A stretch of DNA of 64,000 nt from the IMG/VR virus record IMGVR_UViG_3300035664_000005, positions 36,946 through 100,945 of that record; one strand, given 5' to 3'. This document shows positions 19,163-28,850 of this stretch, piece after piece; positions within the stretch are counted from its first letter, which is position 1; the number at the start of each line of letters is the position of its first letter. Position numbers and translations under genes: made by a program. Origin of the DNA: a virus. Below the pieces are notes generated by a model. The model was not told the origin of the DNA, did not search any database, and saw only the letters and a program-made list of their open reading frames with translations.

Positions 19163-19924
19163 TCAATCCTTATCTTTAGAGTTTTTATATCGTTCCAACA
19201 ATCGTCTGCCCTTTTCAGCAAGACGCGCCGCTGCTTCTCTGTCTTGTGGGACTGGTTCACCCCAAGCCGCGGCGGAAAGAGCGAGCCGTGTTGGGCGCCC
19301 TTTTTCGTCTTTCATAGGACCAGAAGGGTTGGTGAAGAACCGTGTAAGAAACGATCCTTTGCGACGCATCTTTTCTGGTGTATCGGCACGACCCTTAACT
19401 CCTGGTTTTAAATTAGATCCTTGAGTTCTGTTGAAGTGCGCCCTGCCAGCGGCGGTCAATCCACCCTTTGGGTCGCGCAATGGTTTAGCGGACTTCTCTT
19501 TGACGATCGGACCACCAGTAACCCATGCACGGCAAGTTCTCTTTGATGCACACTTAAAATCAAACGCTTCGCAATATCCAAGTTCACCAGCACTATCAAT
19601 TGCTTCCCACTCATCCTTACGCTCGCCGTTAGTAACGCCCTTTTCTATGCAATCCTTCATAGACGGAGTCTGTATAAACAAAGCACAGTTTCCGCACAGT
19701 TGTTTTTTTGCCGACGCAGTATCAACATCCCACTCTTTTGCTAACTTTCCCCAATAATCATTATTGGGTTCAGAAGGATTAAGCGGACCGTACATTGCTG
19801 TCTTGATTGCTTTACCACGGTTACTTAGGTTTGTTGCAATGTCCTGTGTCGCTTTAGGGCAAGATTCTTCCGCTTTAACACGAACAGAGATCGGTTGACC
19901 GTTAATCAAATCAGTGAATTTCAT
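19163..19924 (-). CDS. Two-module head-associated protein
   Basis: CPKATQD..N..NR..YGP.NP...CGNC module plus a RDPKGGLTAAGR...RRKGSF module; both resemble modules common in phage head regions. Confidence 0.65.
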   Translation of the reverse strand: MKFTDLINGQPISVRVKAEESCPKATQDIATNLSNRGKAIKTAMYGPLNPSEPNNDYWGKLAKEWDVDTASAKKQLCGNCALFIQTPSMKDCIEKGVTNGERKDEWEAIDSAGELGYCEAFDFKCASKRTCRAWVTGGPIVKEKSAKPLRDPKGGLTAAGRAHFNRTQGSNLKPGVKGRADTPEKMRRKGSFLTRFFTNPSGPMKDEKGRPTRLALSAAAWGEPVPQDREAAARLAEKGRRLLERYKNSKDKD

Positions 19925-19944
19925 AGTTCCTCATTATCCCACAA

Positions 19945-19986
19945 AACACAAAACCCCCACCCCAACCTTGCGGTCAGAGTGGGGGT
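19945..19986 (-). terminator. Rho-independent terminator after the major capsid gene
   Basis: Minus strand: acccccactctgacc-GCAA-ggttggggtgggggt then ttttgtgtttt. Confidence 0.8.
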
Positions 19987-20005
19987 CGTGTGAATTATTT
20001 ATTGA

Positions 20006-21316
20006 TTAGGCTGATGGAGCCGCATCAAAATTTACCTTCACGAACGACTCTGGTCGCTTCACAGCGAGAGCCAATCGTTGCTCGGCAAGGATCACGATTG
20101 CGTTACGCACGAAGAAGTCTGCATGCTGTTCGCTCACTCGGATGCTTGGTGATTCACGGTCGTAGATTTGTGCTCCCGTACCGAATGCACCAATAAGTGC
20201 TGTACCTTCAGCAATTGCTGGAGTGTCCACTACTGGAATTCTCCACAAACGCTGCTCGCCACCCATTGCAACAGAGACTGCTACGACGTAAGCGCCGTTG
20301 CCATCTTTGCTGAGTTCAATGTCTTCCCAATCGTTCGGGTTAAGAACGATACCCGATGGCTCGTAGTAAGCCAAGAAGGAAAGAGTTGCGGCACGACGGA
20401 CTGCGTCAGCCTTGGTGTCGCTCATGCCTGCTGTTGCTGAGTATGTGCCATCCGACCAGTCATAGGTTTGTACGCCCGGTGTATTCAAGATACCTCGGAG
20501 GTTTTCGCCAGTGCCTGAACCGTTCAAGATCTGTGCATCTTCCTGCAAACGGAGACCGTACATCAACTCGTTGTCAATGATTGAGCGTAGTTGTGGCTCA
20601 TCAGCAAGAACGTTGCGGTGTGCGGCTTCCCAGTGTGCCATTGTGCGAACAGGAGCCTGCTCACCAACGAAGGTGAAGGACGACTGTGGCTTCGCACCGA
20701 AAGCATCGCCTGAACGCTCAGCAACTGCTGATGCGTTGTTGACGAAACCTGTCATACGGAAGTATTCAATGATCGCGGCGTTCGTGGTGCGGCTTGGGAA
20801 CAAGTCACGGACACGCTTCGTGCGCATTGGAGGGATAACCATTGCATCGCGTTGGATGGTTCCAAACGAGCCAGGTGTACCTGTTGGAAGTGCCGAGTAC
20901 AGATCTTTTACGCTGTAATCGCTACCCGAACGGTATGGGCTTGGCATGTTTGCTGAACCGCTTGCGAGCAACGACTTGAACTCTGCTGAAGCAAGGAATG
21001 CTTCGCCGATTGTCTTTGCACGCATTGGCTGTACTGCGTTTTGCAATTCGGCAGTTGCATAAGCCGAAGCCTGTGCTACTGAATCTTGTGGTTCTGAAGC
21101 CCATTTGTCAGCATCGCGCATTGACTCAAGGCTCTCAACGAGTGACTTGATTTCGCGGATGTCTGACATGTTCTTGTCAAACGCTGTTTTTTGTTCTGCT
21201 GATACAACTACAGTGCCATCTTCAATTTTGAAGTTGTCTGCGATTGTTTTGTTTTCTGCCATCTTGGCGCGCATTGCACCTTGAAGTTCAGTTAAACGGC
21301 TGTTGTCAAATGACAT
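20006..21316 (-). CDS. HK97-fold major capsid protein with an N-terminal delta (scaffold) domain
   Basis: Coiled-coil N-terminus; VRDLF, KPQS.F.F, LADEPQL.S.I...L.YGL..ED.QILNG.G, F.RNA..ILAE.R.ALAV.RP; AGGAG RBS; terminator. Confidence 0.95.
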   Translation of the reverse strand: MSFDNSRLTELQGAMRAKMAENKTIADNFKIEDGTVVVSAEQKTAFDKNMSDIREIKSLVESLESMRDADKWASEPQDSVAQASAYATAELQNAVQPMRAKTIGEAFLASAEFKSLLASGSANMPSPYRSGSDYSVKDLYSALPTGTPGSFGTIQRDAMVIPPMRTKRVRDLFPSRTTNAAIIEYFRMTGFVNNASAVAERSGDAFGAKPQSSFTFVGEQAPVRTMAHWEAAHRNVLADEPQLRSIIDNELMYGLRLQEDAQILNGSGTGENLRGILNTPGVQTYDWSDGTYSATAGMSDTKADAVRRAATLSFLAYYEPSGIVLNPNDWEDIELSKDGNGAYVVAVSVAMGGEQRLWRIPVVDTPAIAEGTALIGAFGTGAQIYDRESPSIRVSEQHADFFVRNAIVILAEQRLALAVKRPESFVKVNFDAAPSA

Positions 21317-21464
21317 GTTGTTCACTCCTAGTGAATTGGATTTTGTTGGTGGTTACTTATTTTTTTATTATTAAGACTTCGGTAAGCACCTAGTCCAGTT
21401 ACATTTGCTGTATTACGAGAATAACATCAAAGTAACATTAAAAATGCAACCCCTTTTATTGGGT

Positions 21465-23981
21465 TTACTTTGCGTAGTGTCGTTTTACTACTCGTGGGCA
21501 ACATTTTTTGGCGTACTTGACTCCGTATTCGCCGTCGTCAAATCCTGCCCATTTTTTGGTTGTTTTTCGGTTCCGCCAAGGGTGGTCTAGTGGAAGTAGA
21601 TCATTGTCATCAAAATATTTGACATCTTTCGGTTTGTCTGACATCAATAGCGACAAAAACTTGGAAACACGCTTGTTCGCAGAGGTTTTGTCACCATCTT
21701 CAAGACCTCGCATATACACATTTTTGAGGTCTCGCAGGTTAGCCCGTTGTGAGGCTTTGGCTTTTGCGTTGTGCTGACGGACACGGACAGCAAGGTTATT
21801 GATATCGGTACTTGTCACGGTTGGTGGCTTCTTTTTGGGTTTTGGCACACCCTTAAAAGAAATCAGACCAGTCTGAGCAATTGAACTTTGAGCATCCTTT
21901 TTACCGAAACCCTTACGCTCTACAGATTTAAACTCATCCCCAAGATTCACTTCTTCTTTCCAGACAAAAACAGGAACACGGAAATCGGGGTGATTATCAT
22001 ATGCGGCTATAAGACGATGATGTCCATCATAAATGCTTCTCTTTCCGTCAGCCCATTCTCGCAATATTATTGGATAAAATACACCCTCTTGGCGAATACG
22101 CTGATTCATGCCACCAGAATTAATTCGCCGCTGATCCTCCAAATACTCCGCAGACTCACTGTCCAGTAACGAAAGATTATACGCATTCTCCGCAGGAAGT
22201 TTCATTAACTCGGCAGCACTGAATTCCTCGTCACCATGTCTTTCCGAACTTTTTTTAGGATCCAAAAAATCAGGATTCACATCAGAGCGCATCTTCTTCA
22301 GAGCCTCCGTTGTCAAAACATCGGGTAGTTTCACTACAGGGATTTTGTCTTCTCCACCAATAATTCCACCAGTTGTGAACCCGTCACCGTCACCGTCTTC
22401 ATTAGACCTACTACCAATTGGTGTACCCAAAACCTTTTTTCCAAATTTGGAACCCTGACGGCGAGGATTATTCCTAGGGCTGTTATCCCCTCGGATACCT
22501 GTTACACGGTTGTAGTCAGACACATTCGTGCAAGGCAACCAAACAAGTTTCCCGTCAGACGCCGTGTATCTGCGGATACCGATACAGCCCAAGTTTCTTG
22601 CACGGATACGGGCGGACTCTGCGTTGCTAAAAGTATCAGGGTCTGTTGAACGGCTAACAAAGTTAACAAAACCTTTTTGTTTCATTTTATTTTTAGGAAA
22701 ATGTCTCCCACCAGAAACATGGTGAGAACCACTTATTTCAAACAAGTTATCGTCGTCAGAAGTAACTATTTTCTCTTGCTTTGTATACAGAGCATCAAAC
22801 ATCTTCTTGATCATGTCATCTGGAAGCACCCCCGCTTTTTGTGGAGGAAAATCTCCTCGTTCAATCAAGAATGCGTTTTGTCCGCGTGTTTCCATCGCCA
22901 AAGCGCCGTGTACTTCAGCAGGTAAAGTCAATTTGTGTGCTTGGTACGCGGCTTCTTCACCGTGACGATCAAATCCGCGACCAGTCGCCAAATGACCCAA
23001 AACATCGTGCACCGCCCTGAACTTGTCATTGGTCGCGTCACTCCAATAAGGGTGAGATCCAGTCACTGAAGTTTTCATAACTTTCAGTCGTCGGTTCCGT
23101 ATAAAATCCTCGTGCATTTCATAAAATGATTTATACGGATCTTCATCAACGAATTCAAATTTGATACCCTGCTCTTCCAAGAATTTGAACTGACGGTCAA
23201 GTTCTCCCGCAAATTGGTCGTATGCTTTTTTTGCCTTCTCATCTAATACGGGCATACGGTCATATTGAGATACAATTTTTTTTCTTCTATCTGTATCTAT
23301 TCCGACTACTTCTGAGAAGTCTTGATCATCTAAGGTCGCTGAAAGTCCTTTAATTCGTTGCGCTAATTGCATTTCAACGCCTTCAGGACCTATCTTTTTT
23401 ATTTGTTCTAAAACAGTCCTTGCAATTACGGGAATTTTGTCTTCACCACGAGCGTTAGATGTAAAGCCGTCACCGTCGCCATCAATCTCCGATACACCAC
23501 CAATTGGGCGACCAACCGAAGTACCCAAAGCCTTTCCTGAGAAAGAACCAGTTACTAGTCCACCACCCGGCAAGGTGGCGATACCCGTAATGGGTTTTTC
23601 GTCAAGGTTCTCCCAACCCTTCTTCGGTGCCCGATGATTGCAAACAGCATAATACTTTTTCCCATCAAGCATGACGGTTCGTACACCACCACAACCACGA
23701 GCCTTAGAAATAGCAACCGCATCAGCACGATTCTCGTAATAGGCATCAGACTTTGTTTCCAAACGCTTGGTGCGTTGAACCATTTTTGGCAAAGGCTTCT
23801 TCTTCTTTGATGCAAGGACTTTTAGATATTCTTCTTCACCTTTTTTGATTGCTTCATACTCTTCATGCGACCCACAAGGCATCCAACCATTTTCGGTTTC
23901 ATGGGCGCCTTTGCATCCGAGCATACGTGCGACACGAAGAGCCTGTTCTCGTGTGGTCAAATCAGGTTTTTTATCGGTCAT
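21465..23981 (-). CDS. Modular head-region polyprotein (3x GCxG..PC module, 2x DGDGDG leader, HDxxGH domain, ParB-like domain)
   Basis: Repeats AR.LGC.G...MPC; FRAVHDVLGH...GEEAA; YPII....DGHHRLIAA. Confidence 0.75.
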   Translation of the reverse strand: MTDKKPDLTTREQALRVARMLGCKGAHETENGWMPCGSHEEYEAIKKGEEEYLKVLASKKKKPLPKMVQRTKRLETKSDAYYENRADAVAISKARGCGGVRTVMLDGKKYYAVCNHRAPKKGWENLDEKPITGIATLPGGGLVTGSFSGKALGTSVGRPIGGVSEIDGDGDGFTSNARGEDKIPVIARTVLEQIKKIGPEGVEMQLAQRIKGLSATLDDQDFSEVVGIDTDRRKKIVSQYDRMPVLDEKAKKAYDQFAGELDRQFKFLEEQGIKFEFVDEDPYKSFYEMHEDFIRNRRLKVMKTSVTGSHPYWSDATNDKFRAVHDVLGHLATGRGFDRHGEEAAYQAHKLTLPAEVHGALAMETRGQNAFLIERGDFPPQKAGVLPDDMIKKMFDALYTKQEKIVTSDDDNLFEISGSHHVSGGRHFPKNKMKQKGFVNFVSRSTDPDTFSNAESARIRARNLGCIGIRRYTASDGKLVWLPCTNVSDYNRVTGIRGDNSPRNNPRRQGSKFGKKVLGTPIGSRSNEDGDGDGFTTGGIIGGEDKIPVVKLPDVLTTEALKKMRSDVNPDFLDPKKSSERHGDEEFSAAELMKLPAENAYNLSLLDSESAEYLEDQRRINSGGMNQRIRQEGVFYPIILREWADGKRSIYDGHHRLIAAYDNHPDFRVPVFVWKEEVNLGDEFKSVERKGFGKKDAQSSIAQTGLISFKGVPKPKKKPPTVTSTDINNLAVRVRQHNAKAKASQRANLRDLKNVYMRGLEDGDKTSANKRVSKFLSLLMSDKPKDVKYFDDNDLLPLDHPWRNRKTTKKWAGFDDGEYGVKYAKKCCPRVVKRHYAK

Positions 23982-24235
23982 TTCTTCTTCTTCTTTTTCT
24001 TCTTTTCGCTCTCGGAAATGTATGGTGTAATCATCCCATAAGTTTTATGCATTTCATCAATCTTGTCTTGATTTCTCATAAGATAACTGACCATTGACTC
24101 AAGGTCACCGTCTTCACCATTGTCTTCGGCGAAACCGAACGCTGTAGCAATAATTTTTGAACGCGTATTAGCGTTTTTTACTTTTTTGTATAGTTCAACT
24201 TTTATCGCAGTTTTTTGTTTTTCTGTGAGTTTCAT
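23978..24235 (-). CDS. Small protein coupled to the 1443-aa GNAT-domain gene (candidate immunity/partner)
   Basis: 85 aa; ATGA overlap with the upstream stop; poly-Lys C-terminus. Confidence 0.55.
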   Translation of the reverse strand: MKLTEKQKTAIKVELYKKVKNANTRSKIIATAFGFAEDNGEDGDLESMVSYLMRNQDKIDEMHKTYGMITPYISESEKKKKKKKK

Positions 24236-27200
24236 GTCAGCCTCTTGTACCTTATCGCTCTATCTCTAAGCAAATTTTTTCTTCTTATATTTCGGTAAGC
24301 AGATTTCTCCCCAATTTTGTTGTCAGCGAAATTCAGGGCGGCACCCGAATATAGGGGCATGTGTTCTATGAACCAATGTTTTATGTAATCTCTACGGGCT
24401 TGTTCTTGGATACCACCAGAATCCATCATAAAGATTGCATCTTGGAGGGAAAGAGGTACACCAGATTTTTGTAGATCAACGAACGCTTTGACTCGTTGGT
24501 ACTCTTCATCCGTTGTAATTAAACCACTGCCACCCAAAACTTCATAAGTCCGCATTGCTGCTTTGAAGTGGCTCATCCTGTAACTATCTAGAGGTTCCTC
24601 GTTCTTAAACCCGACACGAGCCCAAATGTATTGTCCATCTTCCGCTGGACTTACTTGTGCTTCTTTAACCCCTATTTTTTCTAAATACCTGAAAGCAACA
24701 CCGTTATAAACTGTTGCCAATCCTGCTCCTTTGTCGCTATTTTTTGAAATGAAAAAACTTTGTTGATAGACGCTTGGTGGGTTTCCATTCATTTGTAATC
24801 TGCGTGTAGATGCCGCGATTCGCTCTCTCACTACCCTGCCGTCTTCATCTACTTCGTCAAACTCAACGTCAATAATTGTTTCATCAGGATTGTAGCGAAA
24901 ACGCTGCACTCGTGTCCTATAAAACTTCCCGTTTGCACCTACGATCTGGTCAAAGGTGTAAGCCTCTCGCAAATATCCCTCTTTTTGTTCGTTAGAAAGA
25001 GTCCCCCATTTTTCTGGTGTCATACGAACAAAATCAGGAAGCATATTGTTTGAATCTTCAGGATCGCCACCGTAATCAGGGAACTGAGATTCCAAATAGG
25101 TTTCAACCTCTGATGCACGTTTAGCAACTGCTTTTTCTATACTTGTGTCAATATCTGATTTAAGTTTTTCCGATGTTAGTTCTGGCGCTTCAAGTTCTTT
25201 AGGATCAACAAAGTATCCTTCCTGAAGTCTCAGAAGAGCCTTGTCAAAATCTTCTCTCAGTGAATTTCTTTGACGCATCCCGTGTTGTGCTTCGGCAATG
25301 CTAATTCTCGCCCTACCTATTTCACTGACAGCGCGGTTTATCGCTGAGGGTGACGGATTGTCCTCGTTTGATAATTTTTCAAGTTTTTCAACAGCATCTA
25401 AAATTCTTGCTCGCGCTTCTTCAATTCTAGCCAAATCGTCCGAGTCATTCCCATATCTGTAGTCGGCACGAATTTGTTCAACAGCGGCAGTGACATCTCT
25501 GCCGTCAGCAACTTGGGCTACACGTTGACTCAAATTATCAACATACGCCATTTCAAGTCGTTGTTGGGTTTCAGCAACATCATATTTGTTTTCATCAATT
25601 ACTGCAAGGACACCCGAAAGGTCTTTCACATCACTAATTTTTAGTACTGCTTGTTCCAAAAGTTTTTCTTCAATTGGATCCAACATTTTCTCAACTGGTG
25701 TGGGTCTATAGCGAAGTTGTTCAGGTGTACCTACGATTCCTTTTGGTTCCCCAACTTTGAATGCTTCCAATGGCGCCAATTTTCCTTCTTGGAACTCTTT
25801 TAAAAGTCTTTCTTCTAGTTTTACTCTCACAAGTTTTGCTTTTGCATCAGCAATATTTTCCAACTGTGCGCTTATCGGACTTTGAGTGCCGATATTTTGT
25901 TTCATGATTTCAAGTTGTTCTTTGATGGTGTTTTGATATGTGTCACGAAGAGATTCCGCTTGTTCAATCCTCGTAGCGATTTGGGCAGCGCCACCAAAAT
26001 CCCCATTAAACAGACCTGCGGTATAAGATCTTTCCCAGTTTACGAATTCATCAAGCCGTGTTTGCAGTTTTGTTTTATAAAGTTCTTTCGCTTGCAAATA
26101 CAAAATCCCGTTAGAGGAATCTAAGAGTTCATTAACATCATTATTTAATTCAGGATCATCAATATCGGCAATGGGCTGATCTGCACCAATTACTGCACGC
26201 ACAGGGACATCGGGTCTTGCTCCTTCAATACCGAAAGGGTTTTGTTGTATGACCGCGTTGATGACACGGTTTTCTTCATACATTCTTTCTCTGCCCTGTA
26301 TCGCTAACACCAGTTTTTGAATTGCTCGTTGACGTTCTTCACCTTCTAACGCGTTGAGCAATTCTCGTTTCGCGTCGCGTATTTGATTATTGAAATCGGA
26401 TGCTTTTTCCGAATTAGATGCAATGATTTGATTGAGTGCTTCAATATCCCCGTATATGCCGTCCTGCAATTGGGCTGAATTGTATATTACAGGGTTTTGA
26501 TTTTTTGCAATTTGATATTGCGAATTGATGGTATTAACTTCGGAATAATTTAGATCTTCAATGATTTTAAATTCTTCAGCAAGTTTTGGATCATTAAAAC
26601 GGCGCGGTCCTGCTGGTTGTGGTTGTGGTTGTGGTTGCTTATCTAGGGGATCGTTAACCAAGTTGCGTTGAGGTACGGGTCTGCGGCGCCATTCAATATT
26701 TGCTTCAATTTCTAATTGACGCATTTCCATCTGTTTTATTTTTTCATCAGACCCTTGTTGTGCCGCCCACGCGATCAGATACCTGTCACGCACCATGTCT
26801 CGTGCGCGTCCTCCGTTTTCTGTTCCCAAGTCTCGTTGAAGATTTAACCACGAGTCTCCTGCGTCCCTCAACCTTTTTTCAAGGGTCACCTGTAATCTTT
26901 TTTCTCTTGCCAATAGATCTTTAAGTTCGTCTAAGTTCGCGGAATTAAAATTCTGCATATTGTCGTAATTGTTGATTATGTCAAAATTGACGTTATTGAG
27001 CGCATCATTAATTTTTGCTTGATCTCGGTCTTCTTTGAAAGTTGCCTCAGGAACAAGGTACCCTCTTCTCATTGCGGGTGGTAAAAGGTTCGGTCTTGGC
27101 GGTGGAGGCTGAGGTACATCTCGTCCTTGTTCCACAATGGAAAGCGGTGTCAATTCTTCGGGGTTCGGTTTTCTTCTCTTCGGTTTATTTTCTTCTGCAT

Positions 27201-28563
27201 CAAGTCTGCGAAGTTCCTGAAGATCTGGTTCTAGTAAATCAACTTCTGGTTTTGGGCGGCGAGGTTTTACTATTTTTGGTTTGTCTTTTGCGGGTTTATC
27301 CTTACCTTCTGCCCTCAATTTTCTAGCGGCTTGCTCTCTTAATAGGAATTGGGTTCTTTCCCTGCTGACTCCGCCCTTTTTTCTTAATTCAGTTTCTATT
27401 TCTTGATCAGTCATATTCCGAATTCCCTCAGGGATCGGTTGTAGATCAACTTCATTCATCCCTTCAAAATTCACGGGCGTTATTTCTCGTTGCTCTTCCC
27501 GACGCGTTGGTGCTTTTGGTTTCTGAGTCGCTTCAACGACAGCACGACGACGACGGCGAGCAGGGGCTTCACCAGTTCTTGGCGCGCCGGGTTGAACGAG
27601 TTCTCGTTCCATTCTTCGCGCTTCTGAATCGCGAAGGTTTCCTCGTCGGCGTTGGGGTGGTTTTTTACCCCTACGGTTCAATTCTGCGTTAACTTTATCT
27701 AGCCGTTGCTTTGCGGTTAACCTTTGCGCGCTTACGGGGAGCATGCCAATCATGCCATCATCGCGAGGTTTATCTACTGCGTCTCGCAGTCTTTCAACCG
27801 ATTCCTGTGCATCTTGGTACTGTTTCTCTAAATCCTCGTCACTCATGGTGCGAAGGTTCTCTACATATGGGTCTTTGTCATCTCGTCTTGGAAGTGCAGG
27901 GGTATCACGATTTGGAATCGGACGAGTAGGACGAACAGGTGTTTCGCCAGTACGCGGTGCACCCGGCTGTTCAATTTCGCGATCAATTCTTCGTTGCTCG
28001 GATTCCCGTAGGTTCGGTGCACGCCTTCTGCGTGGAGCACGAGGAGCAGGAGTTAATTCGTTTGGTGCTTCGGGTGTGTCAACCGATGGTGGTCGTGCGA
28101 CAACAGTTCTGCGACGTTGCCCAACGAGACCTCGCGCAACGTTTCGCAGACCCCCTGTTTCTCCTCCTTCTAATCTTTCTGCAATACCTCGCAATCCCTG
28201 TTCAAGACGACCAGAACCTCTGTCTTGTGGGTTTAAGCGATTGAGAATTCTGCGTTCACGACGAGCAATACGCTCTCCTCTACGGACATCATCAACATTT
28301 TCTAACCGCTGACCGATGTCCGAAATTTGGTTGGCAATTCTTCTTGCAACACCCCAACCGCAAGACCTACCGAAACGGTCTGTGATTTGTCCGCCATATC
28401 GTGTCCCAACAGGGCAACGCCATCCGCCCCTTCGGTTAGTTCCGGGGATAGACAAACTCGGATCCCACAAAGCGCGGACTGACTTAACTTCGTAAGCCAT
28501 TGTTGACGTGTTTCTTTCACTAAGAAACGACTTGGCTTTAAAATCAACAATGTTTTGGAGCAT
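24232..28563 (-). CDS. Large paralogue 1: RCP module + Arg/Pro linker + coiled coil + C-terminal GNAT-like domain
   Basis: WDPSLSIPGTNRRGGWRCPVGTRYGGQITDRFGRSCG; C-terminal KGAGLAT...GV..A...A.DGQYIWARVGF resembles GNAT motifs A/B. Confidence 0.7.
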   Translation of the reverse strand: MLQNIVDFKAKSFLSERNTSTMAYEVKSVRALWDPSLSIPGTNRRGGWRCPVGTRYGGQITDRFGRSCGWGVARRIANQISDIGQRLENVDDVRRGERIARRERRILNRLNPQDRGSGRLEQGLRGIAERLEGGETGGLRNVARGLVGQRRRTVVARPPSVDTPEAPNELTPAPRAPRRRRAPNLRESEQRRIDREIEQPGAPRTGETPVRPTRPIPNRDTPALPRRDDKDPYVENLRTMSDEDLEKQYQDAQESVERLRDAVDKPRDDGMIGMLPVSAQRLTAKQRLDKVNAELNRRGKKPPQRRRGNLRDSEARRMERELVQPGAPRTGEAPARRRRRAVVEATQKPKAPTRREEQREITPVNFEGMNEVDLQPIPEGIRNMTDQEIETELRKKGGVSRERTQFLLREQAARKLRAEGKDKPAKDKPKIVKPRRPKPEVDLLEPDLQELRRLDAEENKPKRRKPNPEELTPLSIVEQGRDVPQPPPPRPNLLPPAMRRGYLVPEATFKEDRDQAKINDALNNVNFDIINNYDNMQNFNSANLDELKDLLAREKRLQVTLEKRLRDAGDSWLNLQRDLGTENGGRARDMVRDRYLIAWAAQQGSDEKIKQMEMRQLEIEANIEWRRRPVPQRNLVNDPLDKQPQPQPQPAGPRRFNDPKLAEEFKIIEDLNYSEVNTINSQYQIAKNQNPVIYNSAQLQDGIYGDIEALNQIIASNSEKASDFNNQIRDAKRELLNALEGEERQRAIQKLVLAIQGRERMYEENRVINAVIQQNPFGIEGARPDVPVRAVIGADQPIADIDDPELNNDVNELLDSSNGILYLQAKELYKTKLQTRLDEFVNWERSYTAGLFNGDFGGAAQIATRIEQAESLRDTYQNTIKEQLEIMKQNIGTQSPISAQLENIADAKAKLVRVKLEERLLKEFQEGKLAPLEAFKVGEPKGIVGTPEQLRYRPTPVEKMLDPIEEKLLEQAVLKISDVKDLSGVLAVIDENKYDVAETQQRLEMAYVDNLSQRVAQVADGRDVTAAVEQIRADYRYGNDSDDLARIEEARARILDAVEKLEKLSNEDNPSPSAINRAVSEIGRARISIAEAQHGMRQRNSLREDFDKALLRLQEGYFVDPKELEAPELTSEKLKSDIDTSIEKAVAKRASEVETYLESQFPDYGGDPEDSNNMLPDFVRMTPEKWGTLSNEQKEGYLREAYTFDQIVGANGKFYRTRVQRFRYNPDETIIDVEFDEVDEDGRVVRERIAASTRRLQMNGNPPSVYQQSFFISKNSDKGAGLATVYNGVAFRYLEKIGVKEAQVSPAEDGQYIWARVGFKNEEPLDSYRMSHFKAAMRTYEVLGGSGLITTDEEYQRVKAFVDLQKSGVPLSLQDAIFMMDSGGIQEQARRDYIKHWFIEHMPLYSGAALNFADNKIGEKSAYRNIRRKNLLRDRAIRYKRLT

Positions 28564-28832
28564 TACTCCCCGATTTTTGCTTTGGCGATCGCTAAATTGT
28601 CCTCAGAGTATGACATCACTTGATACTCAAAACGAGAAGCAGACTTAATCCACCAACTAACAGGGTCAGTTATTTTACCTCTTTTTAATGCGTCGCCGTA
28701 ATCGCTTTTAGGGTCATCAATGTATTTTTGGATTTGTTTACCAGTTTCACCAGCACCAAAAATCTCTACATCTTTTCCATCGCACGAAATACCAAAATCG
28801 TGATTTGTTACTATCGCTATTGATGCTTTCAT
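28563..28832 (-). CDS. Small protein after kinase paralogue 2 (candidate immunity/partner)
   Basis: 89 aa; directly downstream of the 1084-aa gene. Confidence 0.55.
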   Translation of the reverse strand: MKASIAIVTNHDFGISCDGKDVEIFGAGETGKQIQKYIDDPKSDYGDALKRGKITDPVSWWIKSASRFEYQVMSYSEDNLAIAKAKIGE

Positions 28833-28850
28833 AAAGTTTTTTCCATTTCT

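Noticed and set aside
10628-19986. GC-rich hairpins (10628, 13624, 19953) as structured ncRNAs
   Set aside because: Each lies just downstream of a gene; two have GCAA loops and T tails, so they are adequately explained as terminators
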